A stretch of 64,000 nucleotides of DNA from Chthoniobacterales bacterium (GCA_038207335.1 JBBQZX010000004.1:1-64000); one strand, 5' to 3'; counted from the first letter of the stretch, positions 43,902 through 54,844 are shown. Numbers and translations are program-made. Notes: generated by a model from the letters alone, not told the origin.

Positions 43902-44495
43902 ATGAGACAGCGTCCCCTTTTGAAAAGTCAGCCGTCGCGGATGCCGTTCGCCCTGATCGGAATCGCGGCCTTTGCGATCGGCGCCGGGGCGATGTGGCTG
44001 GGCTTGCGCGGCTCGGAGAGCAAGCCGCATCCATCCCCCGCGGTCGTTGCGCCTGTGGCCGAGCCACCGCCGGATGTGAGCGCGCTGCCGCCGGCCAATG
44101 CCGCGCTCTCGCTGGCGAATTGGAACTACGACCGGCAGAATTGGCCGCACGCCATCGATCATTACCAGCAGGCGATCTCGCTGGGCATCGACAATGCCGA
44201 TGTCCGCACCGACCTCGGCAACTGCTTCCGCTTCACCGCCGCGCCGCTGAAGGCCCTGGAGCAATACCAGCTCGCACGGCGACAAAACCCGCAACACGAG
44301 AACAGCCTCTTCAACATCGCCGGGCTCTACGACCAAGTGCTCCACGACCCGGCAAAGGCTGCCGACGCGTGGCGCGAGTATCTGCGACGCTTCCCCACCG
44401 CCGCCGGAGCCGATCGCGCGCGGCAAAGCCTCGGCGAAGCCGAGCTGGGCGAGAAACACCAAGTCGAAGCGCTCAAGCAACTCATCGGCAACTAG
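43902..44495 (+). CDS. TPR repeat membrane-anchored protein
   Basis: TM helix, VRTDLGNC, SLFNIAG TPR units. Confidence 0.8.
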   Translation: MRQRPLLKSQPSRMPFALIGIAAFAIGAGAMWLGLRGSESKPHPSPAVVAPVAEPPPDVSALPPANAALSLANWNYDRQNWPHAIDHYQQAISLGIDNADVRTDLGNCFRFTAAPLKALEQYQLARRQNPQHENSLFNIAGLYDQVLHDPAKAADAWREYLRRFPTAAGADRARQSLGEAELGEKHQVEALKQLIGN

Positions 44496-45826
44496 CCCGC
44501 CGCGAGCTCCTCCAGCAGCGCGCGATTCAGCCGGATGCCGGCGAAGAAGTTCTCCAGCGGGAAATTCTCATCCGGGGCGTGCGCGCGACAATCCGGCAGC
44601 GCGAGACCCAGCAGCAGCGTCTCCACCCCGAGGATCTTCTTGAAAGTATTCACGATCGGGATACTCCCCCCCTCCCGGATCAGCGCCACCTCGCGGTCGA
44701 ATGTCCGCCTCAGCGCACGCTGCGCCGCCACCCCATCCGCCGAATGCGGATCACTCGCGTAAGGCTCCGCCGCGTGCCCCCCCGTCATCTCCAGACGCAC
44801 ACTCGGCGGCGTATTCGCCCGCATATGCGCCCGCACCTTCTCCATCACCGCCTCCGGCTCCTGCCCCGGCACCAGCCGGAACGTCAGCTTCGCGAACGCC
44901 TCCCGTGGGATCACCGTCTTCGACCCGTGCCCCTGGAATCCCCCCCCTATCCCATTCACCTCCGCCGTCGGCCGCGCCCAAATCCGCTCCACCCCGCTGA
45001 ACCCCGGCTCACCCGCCAGCTCCGGCACACCCGTCAGCGCCTTCATCTCCGCATCCCCCACCGGCAGCCGCGCCCACGCCTCCCGCTCCCACCCCTCCAG
45101 CGGCGCCACCCCGTCGTAAAACCCCTCCACCGCCACCCGCCCACTCTCCTCGTGCAGCGTCGCCAGCAGCCGCGCCAGCATCGTCGCCGGATTCGCCACC
45201 GCCCCGCCGAAAATCCCCGAGTGCAAGTCCATGGCCGGCCCCGTCACCTTCACCTCCATCGCCCCGATCCCCCGCAGCCCGTAAGTGAACGTCGGTACCC
45301 CCGCCGCGATCATCCCCGTATCCGACACCGCGATCACATCACACCGCAACTCCTCCCGATGCGCCGTCAGGAACTCATCCAAATGCGCGCTCCCGATCTC
45401 CTCCTCTCCCTCGATCACGAAAATCACATTCACCGGCAGCGCCCCCTTCTCCGCCAGCGTCTCCTCCACCCCCAGGATATGCGCGAAAATCTGCCCCTTA
45501 TTATCCGTCGCACCTCGGGCGAAAATCACCCCATCCGCGATCCGCGGCTCAAACGGCGCACTCGTCCACTCCCCCACCGGATCCACCGGCTGCACATCAT
45601 AGTGCCCATAAATCAGCACAGTCCGCAGCCCCTCCCGATGCTCGTTGCGCGCCACCACGATCGGATGCCCCGCCGTCGCGTGCAGCTCCGCGCGCAACCC
45701 GATCTCCACCAACTTCGCCACCAGCCAACCTGCGCAAGCCGCCACATCCCCCCGGCGCGCCGGATCCGTCGAGACACTTGGAAAGCGGAGAAAAGTCAGC
45801 AACTCAGCGACATGAGAATCATTCAT
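44492..45826 (-). CDS. M20 family dipeptidase
   Basis: YGHYDVQP, ARGATDNKG, EGEEEIGS, DLHSG, GGSIP, HAPDE. Confidence 0.93.
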   Translation of the reverse strand: MNDSHVAELLTFLRFPSVSTDPARRGDVAACAGWLVAKLVEIGLRAELHATAGHPIVVARNEHREGLRTVLIYGHYDVQPVDPVGEWTSAPFEPRIADGVIFARGATDNKGQIFAHILGVEETLAEKGALPVNVIFVIEGEEEIGSAHLDEFLTAHREELRCDVIAVSDTGMIAAGVPTFTYGLRGIGAMEVKVTGPAMDLHSGIFGGAVANPATMLARLLATLHEESGRVAVEGFYDGVAPLEGWEREAWARLPVGDAEMKALTGVPELAGEPGFSGVERIWARPTAEVNGIGGGFQGHGSKTVIPREAFAKLTFRLVPGQEPEAVMEKVRAHMRANTPPSVRLEMTGGHAAEPYASDPHSADGVAAQRALRRTFDREVALIREGGSIPIVNTFKKILGVETLLLGLALPDCRAHAPDENFPLENFFAGIRLNRALLEELAAG

Positions 45827-45959
45827 GCCCGGCAGCCTAACCACCAGCGGCCCAGCGGGCAATTTGGACTTCGAGCGCGAACGCCCGCGCCCCCGGTCGC
45901 ACTCGCGACCGGGACACCCATCTCCCGACAGCCCGCCCGCTGCCTCCGGCACAACGCGC

Positions 45960-47783
45960 CTACACCGCGGCGGTCTCCGTCAAGGTGCCGCCCGTGCTGA
46001 TAATCTGCGGGATCATCTCGAAGAAGTTACTCCCGAGAATATCGTTACGCATGTTCGCGCCGTCGCCCGCATCCAGCAGCATCGAGCCGAGGAATGAGAC
46101 TTTCAGGTTCGCGTGGTCGCTGCCATCGCCGATGCGGATTTGATCGGCCCCGATGCCGGTCAGGATCGTCGCGTTGCCGAGCACCGTCGAGGTGCCGAGG
46201 AAGGCCGCGTTGCGCTCGATCCGCAGCTCGTCGGCGCCCGTTCCCGTATCCACCGAGAAGTCCCGCACCCGGAAGTTGTCGATATTCACCACATCCGCCC
46301 CGACGCCCGCATCGAAACTGAAATCGAGCGCCTTGATGTTATCGAGATTCGCGACATCCGCTCCCGCGCCCGTGCCGAGCGTGAATCCTTTCAGGACGTT
46401 GAGTTTCGAGATCGAGACTGTGCTCACGTCTTCGCCAGTCTGCGCGACGAAGGCCTTGGCCACTTGAATATTGGCGATGGTCAGGAAATCGACCGTCGGT
46501 CCCACCATGTCGATCGTCAGGTTGCCGCCAAACTTCAGTCCGTTCGCCAGCCCGGCGCGACTCTGCAGCGTCGTGCTCGATCCGCCAGTGCCGTCCGTGC
46601 CGAGCAGCAGACTCACGTCCCCCGTCACCAGGCCATCGGCGATGATGCTCACCGTATCGTTCAGGCTGCCGCCGGTCACCGTCAGGCTGGCCAGCGCGAG
46701 GGTCACCACGTTCACCTCAAAGGCGCTCGCATCCAGGCCGCCATCCATGCTGGTCGCGCCCTTCACCGACAGGAGCCCGCCCGTCGCCTTCAGACTGTCC
46801 ACACCCACATCCCCCACAAACGAAAGCCCCCCGCCGATGCTCGTCCGTCCGTCGAACATCACCGTGTCATCGCCCGCTCCGCCCGTGATCTGTACGCTCT
46901 TACCGACCGTCGTCACCTTCGACTCCAGGAGAGCCGTGCCGCCGCCGGTGCCGAGATCGATCTTCAGCTCGCCCAGAACCGTGGTCCCCTTCCCGAGGAA
47001 CGTCACATCGCCGGGGCCGACTCCCAGTTTCAGATCCACCACGCCTGGCGTCAGTGCGCTTCCAAATTTGTGATAATCAGCGCCAAAGAGGAAATGATTG
47101 CTCCCCCCGCCCCCGTCGATCGTGACAGTGCCCAGCACCTTCAACGTCGTCCCGAGCGCTTTGAAACTATCGTCTCCACCGTTGCCATTAAAGATGAGCT
47201 GGTGCCGGAAAAGCGCACTATCGCCCGTCACCGCGAGTTCATCGCTCTGAGCGCCGCCTGTCACCGTCACATTCCCATCGACCACAGTCACCGCCGAGCG
47301 CAGCCCTGCCGTGCCGCCGCCACCGAGGTCGATATTCAAAGCGCCGTGGATGGTCGTATGACTGCCAAAGAAATTCACCGATCCCGCCTCCGAGCCCAGA
47401 TCGATGTCCACCCGCCCGCCCACCGTCGTCACGAGATTGGCCGTACTCAGCGCATCCACCCCGGCATTGCCGTGGAAAGTGAACGTCTTGAGCGGCGCCA
47501 GATTACTGACCGCAAACGTGTCGGCCCCGCTGCCGCCCTCGATCAGCACCCCGGTCAGCACCCCGTGAAAGTTCTTCGCCGCCACCCCGGCTGTATCGAT
47601 ATCCGTGGCATTTCCCTGGACGCGGAAAGTATTAAAACCCGTCTTCACGATACTCACATCATGATCCGCCCCATCGGCACCGCTGATCGTCAGCAGGCCG
47701 TGAGAAAAGACAACGTTGACCAGCCCGGCCGGGGCGATGCGCTGTTCGAGGGGTTCGATGGAAGTATGCGTGTAATTATTCAT
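45960..47783 (-). CDS. Secreted beta-strand repeat protein with IEPLEQRIAPA motif
   Basis: Same N-terminal motif and repeat style as 10874-12874. Confidence 0.85.
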   Translation of the reverse strand: MNNYTHTSIEPLEQRIAPAGLVNVVFSHGLLTISGADGADHDVSIVKTGFNTFRVQGNATDIDTAGVAAKNFHGVLTGVLIEGGSGADTFAVSNLAPLKTFTFHGNAGVDALSTANLVTTVGGRVDIDLGSEAGSVNFFGSHTTIHGALNIDLGGGGTAGLRSAVTVVDGNVTVTGGAQSDELAVTGDSALFRHQLIFNGNGGDDSFKALGTTLKVLGTVTIDGGGGSNHFLFGADYHKFGSALTPGVVDLKLGVGPGDVTFLGKGTTVLGELKIDLGTGGGTALLESKVTTVGKSVQITGGAGDDTVMFDGRTSIGGGLSFVGDVGVDSLKATGGLLSVKGATSMDGGLDASAFEVNVVTLALASLTVTGGSLNDTVSIIADGLVTGDVSLLLGTDGTGGSSTTLQSRAGLANGLKFGGNLTIDMVGPTVDFLTIANIQVAKAFVAQTGEDVSTVSISKLNVLKGFTLGTGAGADVANLDNIKALDFSFDAGVGADVVNIDNFRVRDFSVDTGTGADELRIERNAAFLGTSTVLGNATILTGIGADQIRIGDGSDHANLKVSFLGSMLLDAGDGANMRNDILGSNFFEMIPQIISTGGTLTETAAV

Positions 47784-48095
47784 TAGACCGGGATATTTAA
47801 GCACAGGGGGAGCCACGGACGGATATACCTCAATATACTTTTCCCCCACCTACGCAGCGCCGCTCCCAGTCACGATCGTCACCAGCCTCGCGGCGGGCAA
47901 TTTCCACTTCGTGCGTCAGCGCGCACCACCAGTCCCCATCTACAGACTCGTCTGCTGAATCCCCTGCGCATTCACCCCCCGCGTCCGGTACTCCCACTGC
48001 CCCGGCCCCGGGTGATCCGCCACTCCCACCCCCCATCCCATACTCCCCACATGCAACACATCCTCATGCCAGGCGTCGCTTGCGCGCTCCGAGTA

Positions 48096-48503
48096 ATGAA
48101 AGTTGCTCTCACACTTTTCCTGGCCACGATTTCCCTCGCGCCACTGTCTGCTGGCGAGCCCGACAAGCGAATCGATCCTGTTTCGCCACCCGACATTAAA
48201 GCCGCAGTGATATTCGTCGCGCAGGGGAAGACCTCTTACAGGGAGGGACAACTCGATGCCGCAATGAACGCCTTCACAAAGGCACTCGCTCTTGATCGAA
48301 ACAACAAAGAAGCTCACGAATGGGCTCTTCAAGACCGCTGCCAAGCAGGGTTGGATCATCCCATGGCCAGCTCCCACAACGCCCAACGAAAAGCAGTCTC
48401 CTTCCACACCAACTCCAAAATGACCGCAACGCCAAACCATGCGCTGCGGACCCCTCCATTCGTCCCGCCCCCTGCGTCCGCCACCGCCTTTCCGCAGGAC
48501 TGA
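48096..48503 (+). CDS. Small secreted TPR protein, possibly frameshifted at ~48320 (alternative stop 48423)
   Basis: Signal peptide, QGKTSYREGQLDAAMNAFTKALALDRNN. Confidence 0.55.
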   Translation: MKVALTLFLATISLAPLSAGEPDKRIDPVSPPDIKAAVIFVAQGKTSYREGQLDAAMNAFTKALALDRNNKEAHEWALQDRCQAGLDHPMASSHNAQRKAVSFHTNSKMTATPNHALRTPPFVPPPASATAFPQD

Positions 48504-48543
48504 GCGGATGATCCAGGAGGCGAGGAGGTGCAATCTTCACACC

Positions 48544-48579
48544 AAAGAAAAACGCCGCCCCGGATGGCCGGGGCGGCGT
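48544..48579 (-). terminator. Intrinsic terminator of the glutamine synthetase gene
   Basis: 12-bp stem ACGCCGCCCCGG/CCGGGGCGGCGT plus U-tract on the minus strand. Confidence 0.85.
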
Positions 48580-48610
48580 GTGGATTTCTGTCTGCGTTGG
48601 TGGCGGCGAA

Positions 48611-49633
48611 TTACTTCGTCGGCACGGTGGCGATGGTCTGCAGGATGCGGCTCGCGATCTTGTAGGGGTCGCCCTGTGAGTTCGGACGGCGGTCTTCGAG
48701 GTAGCCCTTGTAGCCGGCGTTCACGAAGCTGTGTGGGACGCGGACGGAGGCGCCGCGGTTGGCGATGCCGTAGTTGAACTTGTCGATGGACTGGGTCTCG
48801 TGGAGGCCGGTGAGGCGCAGGTGATTGTCCGGGCCATAGACGGCGATGTGCTCGTTTTTGTATTTGTCGAAGGCGGCCATGAGCGCCTCGAAATACTCTT
48901 TGCCGCCCTTTTCGCGCATGAACTCCGTGGAGAAGTTCGAGTGCATGCCGGAGCCGTTCCAATCGACTTCCAAGCCGAGAGGTTTGCAGTGCCAGTTGAT
49001 GTCGATGCCGTACTGCTCGCAGAGGCGCGAGAGGATGTAGCGGGCGACCCACATCTGGTCGGCGGCGGTGCGGGAGCCTTTGCCGAAGATCTGGAATTCC
49101 CACTGGCCCTTGGCGACTTCGGCGTTGATGCCTTCGTGGTTGATGCCGGCCGCAAGACAGAGGTCGAGGTGCTCTTCGACGATCTGGCGCGCGATGTCGC
49201 CGACGGCGTCGTAGCCGACGCCGGGGTAGTATTTGCCCTGGGGAGGCGGGAAGCCGCCGCCTTTGGGGAAGCCGATGGGCGCGCCGTCCTGATAGAAGAA
49301 GTATTCCTGCTCGAAGCCGAACCATGCGCCGGAATCATCGAGGATGGTCGCGCGGGAATTGCTCGGATGCGGGCTGCCATCGGGCAGCATGACTTCGCTC
49401 ATGACGAGGACGCCATTGACGCGGGTGGTGTCGGGATAGACGGCGACGGGCTTCAGGACGCAGTCGGAGCTGTGGCCCTCGGCTTGGCGGGTCGAGCTGC
49501 CGTCGAAGCCCCAGGCGGGCAGGTCTTCGAGCGTCGGGAAATCGTCGAAGTCTTTGACGAGGGTTTTGCTGCGGAGGTTCGCGACGGGCTCGTAGCCGTC
49601 GAGCCAGATGTATTCCAATTTGTACTTCGCCAT
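48611..49633 (-). CDS. glnII: Glutamine synthetase type II
   Basis: [51 protein letters not shown]. Confidence 0.93.
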   Translation of the reverse strand: MAKYKLEYIWLDGYEPVANLRSKTLVKDFDDFPTLEDLPAWGFDGSSTRQAEGHSSDCVLKPVAVYPDTTRVNGVLVMSEVMLPDGSPHPSNSRATILDDSGAWFGFEQEYFFYQDGAPIGFPKGGGFPPPQGKYYPGVGYDAVGDIARQIVEEHLDLCLAAGINHEGINAEVAKGQWEFQIFGKGSRTAADQMWVARYILSRLCEQYGIDINWHCKPLGLEVDWNGSGMHSNFSTEFMREKGGKEYFEALMAAFDKYKNEHIAVYGPDNHLRLTGLHETQSIDKFNYGIANRGASVRVPHSFVNAGYKGYLEDRRPNSQGDPYKIASRILQTIATVPTK

Positions 49634-49752
49634 TGATCGGTGGTTGGTGGTGTTTTTGTTTTGTGTGAGCGGCACGCCGGGGGAGCCGCTGGTGTGGATG
49701 AGAGCGGCCCCGATGGTGAAATCGGAGCCGTTTTCGGGCGCGCGAACCGTTT

Positions 49753-49768
49753 AGCAAACCGGATGCCA
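49753..49768 (-). promoter_or_regulatory. sigma54 (-24/-12) promoter of glnII
   Basis: TGGCATCCGGTTTGCT, GG-N10-GC. Confidence 0.75.
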
Positions 49769-49852
49769 GTTGCCAAGAGCGGCCTGCGGTTCGCCCGCCG
49801 GAGCGCGCGGAACTTGCTCCCGTGGAGCGCAGGCACGACGCTTGATTTTCGC

Positions 49853-50248
49853 ATGAACCAGGTAAAAGACACTCTGCGCTCCACGGTGCGCATCAGCTAC
49901 GACGGGCGGGTTTTTAAAACTTTCCGCGGCCCGAAGGCGGACGAAAGATTTACAAACGAGGTGCGCGTGCTGCGGTATCTGGAGAGCCGCGAATGTCCCT
50001 TTGTGCCCAAACTGCTCGAAACGGATACAGCGCAACTGCGCATCGTGACGTCGAGCTGCGGGACGCGCGTGGATCATCTCGATGAGGCGCGGACGAAGGA
50101 GTTGTTCGCGGAGCTCGAGCAGTTCGGCGTGCGCCACGACGATCCCGACAAGCGGAATGTGACGTATCGCCAGTCGGACGGGCGCTTTTGCCTCGTGGAT
50201 TTCGAGTTCGCCACGATCCTGCCGGACGATGAAAAGCGAGCGAACTGA
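49853..50248 (+). CDS. Small kinase-like (phosphotransferase-fold) protein
   Basis: NEVRVLRYL, VPKLL, GVRHDD..RNV, LVDFEFA. Confidence 0.8.
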   Translation: MNQVKDTLRSTVRISYDGRVFKTFRGPKADERFTNEVRVLRYLESRECPFVPKLLETDTAQLRIVTSSCGTRVDHLDEARTKELFAELEQFGVRHDDPDKRNVTYRQSDGRFCLVDFEFATILPDDEKRAN

Positions 50249-51062
50249 CACCCCGGCGGCGAGCGTGCGCTGGTCGGGGCTCAGCGACCGCGGGCGGGTT
50301 CGGAAGAATAATGAGGACTCGTTTCTCGCGCTGAAGTTCGACGCGCGCGAGGTGCATCTGCTCGGGAAATTCGGCGAGGCTTCGCTGGAAGATAGTGACT
50401 TCGTTTTCGCCGTGAGCGACGGGATCGGCGGCGCGAAGGCGGGGGAATTCGCGAGCCGGATCGCGGTGGAAAAGATCACGCGCCTGCTGCCGAAGTCGTT
50501 CCAGCAAACGGCCATCGGGCTCGATGCGGGCTTCGCCGATGTGCTCACGGAGCTTTACGCGCAGATTCATCGGGCGCTGCATTTTCTCGGAGGCAGTTAC
50601 GAGGAATGCGCGGGCATGGGCGCGACGCTGAGCCTCGGGTGGTTTACGCCGGGCTGGATGTTCTTCGCACACATCGGCGACAGCCGTCTTTATTACCTGC
50701 CCGCCGGTGGCGGCGGGATGCGGCAGATCACGCACGATGACACGCACGTCGGCTGGCTTTTCCGCCACGGAAAACTCAACGAACGCCAAGCGCGCACGCA
50801 TCCGCGAAAGCATCTGCTCCAGCGCGCGCTCGGCTCGGGGCATCAGTTCGTCGAGCCACAGGTTGGCGCGGTCGGGTGCGAAAGTGGTGACCGTTTTTTG
50901 CTCTGCACCGATGGCGTGATCGACGGCCTCTACGACGCGCAAATCCACGAACTCCTCGACTTGCCCGCCGCCGCGGAAAATCCCGCGAAGCTGCTCGTGG
51001 ACACCTCCGTCGCCGCCTCCGGCCGCGACAACACGACCGCGATCATCGTGGAAATCCGCTGA
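50229..51062 (+). CDS. PP2C-family Ser/Thr phosphatase
   Basis: RKNNEDS, VSDGIGG, HIGDSRLY, LCTDG, DNTT. Confidence 0.92.
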   Translation: MKSERTDTPAASVRWSGLSDRGRVRKNNEDSFLALKFDAREVHLLGKFGEASLEDSDFVFAVSDGIGGAKAGEFASRIAVEKITRLLPKSFQQTAIGLDAGFADVLTELYAQIHRALHFLGGSYEECAGMGATLSLGWFTPGWMFFAHIGDSRLYYLPAGGGGMRQITHDDTHVGWLFRHGKLNERQARTHPRKHLLQRALGSGHQFVEPQVGAVGCESGDRFLLCTDGVIDGLYDAQIHELLDLPAAAENPAKLLVDTSVAASGRDNTTAIIVEIR

Positions 51063-51137
51063 GCGCATCGCGTCGCGGCGATTGCCGCTTTCATCCGCAC
51101 CCGCTCGCCAGTTAAGTCCCGCGCGATTGTCACCGAA

Positions 51138-51926
51138 ATGTTGAATCCCATCCCGGCCATCCGCACCACGCTCTCGCATCTGAGCAGCGTGACGTGGCTG
51201 TTCATCAACACGGTCGAGGAAATGGGCGATTACATCTTCCGCGGGCGCTTCCCATTTCGCCTCTCGATCTTCTTCGGCCAAACCGATCGCGCCGGCGTCG
51301 GCTCCATCCCGCTCGTCGCGCTCGTCTCGTTTTTCATCGGCCTCACGATGGCGCTGCTCACCGGATACCAGCTCCGCACTTTCGGCCAGGAACGGCTCGT
51401 GCCGCCGCTCGTCGCGATCGCCTTCACCCGCGAACTCGGCCCGCTCATGACCGGCATCATGCTCGCCGCCCGCATCGGCGCGGCATTCACCGCGGAGCTC
51501 GGCACCATGACCGTCTCCGAGGAAGTCGAGGCGATCGAGGCGATGGGCATCGGCCCGCTGCGCTTTCTCGTGAGCCCGCGGCTTCTTGCCGTCACGCTCC
51601 TCATGCCGTGCCTCGTCGTCGTGAGCGATGTCACCGCACTGGTCGGCGCCGCGCTCATTTCAAAATGGGCCTTCTCGATCAACTACCAGATTTTCGCCGA
51701 GACTGCGGTCGATAGCCTGCTCATCCGAGACATCGTCACCGGCACTGCGAAGAGCTTTCTCTTCGGCCTCATCATCGGTCTCGTCGCCTGCTACAAAGGC
51801 CTCACCGTGCGCGGCGGCGCGGCGGGCGTCGGGGATTCCACGACCTCCAGCGTCGTCACCGCGATCACCACTGTCATCGCGTTCGATACCGTCATCAATG
51901 TCATCAACGTCGTCGTCACCGGCTGA
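51138..51926 (+). CDS. mlaE: MlaE-family ABC permease
   Basis: RELGP, AELGTM..EEVEA. Confidence 0.9.
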   Translation: MLNPIPAIRTTLSHLSSVTWLFINTVEEMGDYIFRGRFPFRLSIFFGQTDRAGVGSIPLVALVSFFIGLTMALLTGYQLRTFGQERLVPPLVAIAFTRELGPLMTGIMLAARIGAAFTAELGTMTVSEEVEAIEAMGIGPLRFLVSPRLLAVTLLMPCLVVVSDVTALVGAALISKWAFSINYQIFAETAVDSLLIRDIVTGTAKSFLFGLIIGLVACYKGLTVRGGAAGVGDSTTSSVVTAITTVIAFDTVINVINVVVTG

Positions 51927-51929
51927 GCA

Positions 51930-52712
51930 ATGAGTGAAGATCACGACCAGCAGCCCGCCGCCGAACTGAGCGAAGTGCGCCTCGCATTTCCCGACAAGGA
52001 AGTGCTCAGCGGCGTCAATCTCCGCGCCATGCCCGGCGACCGGCTCGTCATCCTCGGCCAGTCCGGCAGTGGAAAAAGCACGATCCTCCGGCTCTTCCTC
52101 GGCATCCTGAAGCCGACCGGCGGCTCGGTGAAAATCAAGGGCCGCGAAGTCTCGAAGATGAGCCGCCTGCGCCTGAATCGCATCCGGCAAAAGATCGGGA
52201 TGGTCTATCAATACAGCGCGCTCATCAGCTCGCTGAACGTCCGCGACAACCTCGCGCTCCCGCTCGAGGAACTCACCGACAAGCCGCAAAACGAGATCGA
52301 CGACATCGTCGATGAAAAGCTCGAACTCGTCGGCATGAAAGACGTGCGAGAGAAAATGCCGAGCGAACTCAGCGGTGGCATGAGAAAGCGCATCGGCCTC
52401 GCGCGGGCTCTGGTGCTTGATCCCGAGCTCATCCTTTACGACGAGCCGAGCGCCGGCCTCGATCCCGTCATCAGCTCCGTCATCGACGAGCTCATCATTT
52501 CGCTCAGCGAAAAAATCAAGGCCACCTCCGTCATCGTGACACACGAGATGGACAGCGCCTTTCGCATCGCGACGAAAATGGCGATGCTCTACCACGGCAA
52601 AATCATCCTCGAAGAAACGCCGGAAAATTTCCGCGAAAGTGACGATCCTGTCGTCTCGCAGTTTGTGAAAGGAGAAGTCGAAGGACCGATCCTCGAGAAA
52701 AGCGACGGCTGA
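51930..52712 (+). CDS. mlaF: MlaF-family ABC ATPase
   Basis: GQSGSGKS, LSGGMRKR, YDEPSAGLDP. Confidence 0.9.
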   Translation: MSEDHDQQPAAELSEVRLAFPDKEVLSGVNLRAMPGDRLVILGQSGSGKSTILRLFLGILKPTGGSVKIKGREVSKMSRLRLNRIRQKIGMVYQYSALISSLNVRDNLALPLEELTDKPQNEIDDIVDEKLELVGMKDVREKMPSELSGGMRKRIGLARALVLDPELILYDEPSAGLDPVISSVIDELIISLSEKIKATSVIVTHEMDSAFRIATKMAMLYHGKIILEETPENFRESDDPVVSQFVKGEVEGPILEKSDG

Positions 52713-52741
52713 AAGCCGGCCGCGCACGCAGTTCAAATCTC

Positions 52742-53752
52742 ATGAATATTCGCCGCCAAGAAATCCGCACCGGCCTCCTCGTCGTCCTCTCGCTCGTCGC
52801 GCTCGTCGGCGTCGTTCTCTACCTCGGCGCGCCGGGAGTCTTCGTCCCGCAGCACACGTTCCGCATTTATTTCGATAACGCCGCAGGCATGAAACAAGGC
52901 GCGAGCGTGCTCCTCTCAGGCCGAAAAGTCGGGCAGGTGTCGCAGATTTTCTCACCCGTCCCCGAGGCCGAGCGGCCCGCCGAAAAGTATGAAGTCCTGA
53001 TCGAGGTGAAGGTCCGGGCGACTGCCAAAATTTACAATAAGGTGCGCGTCCAGATGGTCCAGACCAGTCTGCTCGGCGAGACGGTGATCGATTTCAACAA
53101 TGGCCGCGAGGCGCAGGGGCTCGCGCAGGAAGGCGCATATTTCGAAGGCGAGCGCGCGCGCGGCTTGACCGACGCCGTCCCTCAGATTCTGGAAAAGATC
53201 GACCCCGTCATGTCGAAGCTCACGGACACACTCGGCACGCTTCAGACGACTTCCGACAACCTTACCAAGCTTACCGCGCCCGACGCCGACCTCTCGAAAT
53301 CGTTCACCGAACTCAAGCAGTTCGGCGTGCATCTCAACGAACTCAGCGGCCCCGACAGCTCGCTGAGAAAGTCGCTGGCAAATGTGGAGGCGCTCACCGG
53401 CGATGGCGGAAAACTCGACCTCACACTCAGCAATCTCCAAGACGCGACCGGCCCGGACAGCGCGCTCGTGAAAACCTTGAACAACGCGGAAAAGTTCACC
53501 TCCAGCCTCGCCAATAACAAAGACATCGACCGCACGCTCGGCAATTTCCGGCGCGCCTCGGAAAACCTGAATGGCGTCGTGCGCGACCTCGGGCCGCAGT
53601 TCACCGCGATCGGCCACAACCTCGAACAGGCCAGCGCGACCGTGAAGCACCAGCCGTGGCGCCTCATTTGGCCGACCACAAAAAAATATCCCGAGGACCG
53701 CCTCGCCGCCCCCTCAGCCCGCCTCCGAGTGCGCACCGTCTCGGCAAAATAG
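52742..53752 (+). CDS. mlaD: MlaD/MCE family protein
   Basis: TM helix + MCE domain (GASVLLSGRKVGQV, SLLGE) + helical region. Confidence 0.88.
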   Translation: MNIRRQEIRTGLLVVLSLVALVGVVLYLGAPGVFVPQHTFRIYFDNAAGMKQGASVLLSGRKVGQVSQIFSPVPEAERPAEKYEVLIEVKVRATAKIYNKVRVQMVQTSLLGETVIDFNNGREAQGLAQEGAYFEGERARGLTDAVPQILEKIDPVMSKLTDTLGTLQTTSDNLTKLTAPDADLSKSFTELKQFGVHLNELSGPDSSLRKSLANVEALTGDGGKLDLTLSNLQDATGPDSALVKTLNNAEKFTSSLANNKDIDRTLGNFRRASENLNGVVRDLGPQFTAIGHNLEQASATVKHQPWRLIWPTTKKYPEDRLAAPSARLRVRTVSAK

Positions 53753-53775
53753 CCGGGCCGGATTTTGTTCCGCTG

Positions 53776-54654
53776 CTACGCGCCAAGACGCCGTGCCGCG
53801 TCGATCGTATTCGCGATCAGCATCGCAATCGTCATCGGTCCCACGCCGCCTGGCACCGGCGTGATCGCCCGGCACTTCGACGCGACTTCGTCAAAAGCCA
53901 CATCTCCCACCAACCGCGACCCCTTCTCCACACTCGAATCCGCGATCCGATTGATCCCCACATCAATCACCACTGCTCCCTCGCGGACAAAATCGCCTTT
54001 TACAAAATGCGGCTGCCCGATCGCTGCGATCAAAATATCCGCCGAGCGGCACACGCCCGCGAGATCGCGCGTCCGCGAGTGCGCGACCGTCACCGTCGCA
54101 TCCCCTCCCCGCCCTTTCTGCATCAGCAAAAGCGCGAGCGGTTTGCCCACGATCATGCTCCGCCCGAGCACCACCACATGCGCGCCCGCGGTCTCGATCC
54201 CAGACTCGATCAGAAGCCGCTGACACCCCAGCGGAGTGCACGGCACGAAGCCATCGCGATCCCCGAGCGCCAGCTTCGCCACGCTCACCGGATGGAATCC
54301 ATCGACGTCTTTCCGGGGATCGATCGCCTCCACCACTGCCCGCTCGTCGATGTGCGAAGGCGGCGGCGACTGCACCAAAATTCCATGCACCGCCGCATCT
54401 GCATTCAGCGCCCGCACCACCGCGATGAGTTCCTCATGCGATGTCGCCGCCGGTAGTTCATGCTTCACCGAGTGCATCCCCAGTTCCCGGCACATTTTGT
54501 CTTTCGAGCGCACATACGCCCGCGACGCCGGATCATCGCCGACCAGCACCACTGCAAGCCCCGGCACCACTCCGCGCGTCCGCATCTCCGCGATGGCCGC
54601 TCGAGACTCTTCGTTGATTTTCTGCGCGATGGCTTTCCCGTCGATGAGTTGCAT
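53776..54654 (-). CDS. folD: Methylenetetrahydrofolate dehydrogenase/cyclohydrolase
   Basis: [32 protein letters not shown]. Confidence 0.96.
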   Translation of the reverse strand: MQLIDGKAIAQKINEESRAAIAEMRTRGVVPGLAVVLVGDDPASRAYVRSKDKMCRELGMHSVKHELPAATSHEELIAVVRALNADAAVHGILVQSPPPSHIDERAVVEAIDPRKDVDGFHPVSVAKLALGDRDGFVPCTPLGCQRLLIESGIETAGAHVVVLGRSMIVGKPLALLLMQKGRGGDATVTVAHSRTRDLAGVCRSADILIAAIGQPHFVKGDFVREGAVVIDVGINRIADSSVEKGSRLVGDVAFDEVASKCRAITPVPGGVGPMTIAMLIANTIDAARRLGA

Positions 54655-54844
54655 GAGCGCGACTTTCTACCGCGCCCTGCACCTCCGGGGAATGCCGATT
54701 TTTTTACACTGCGCCGGAGTATCCAGCTCCCTCCCATCACTCCTTCGCTGCTTGGCGATCAAAAATTCCCTCACCTCGTCGCGCGCCGCGGTTAAAAAAA
54801 CTCAAACGAACAGTTGACAAGCTGCGCAGCCCTGCTCAACTCCC

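Noticed and set aside
47942..48030. WEYRTRGVNAQG fibronectin-III-like scrap
   Set aside because: Too short and without a supported start; cannot assign.
49831..49847. Second sigma54-like site AGGCACGACGCTTGAT on the + strand
   Set aside because: -12 is GA rather than GC, and the predicted TSS would fall past the ATG at 49853.
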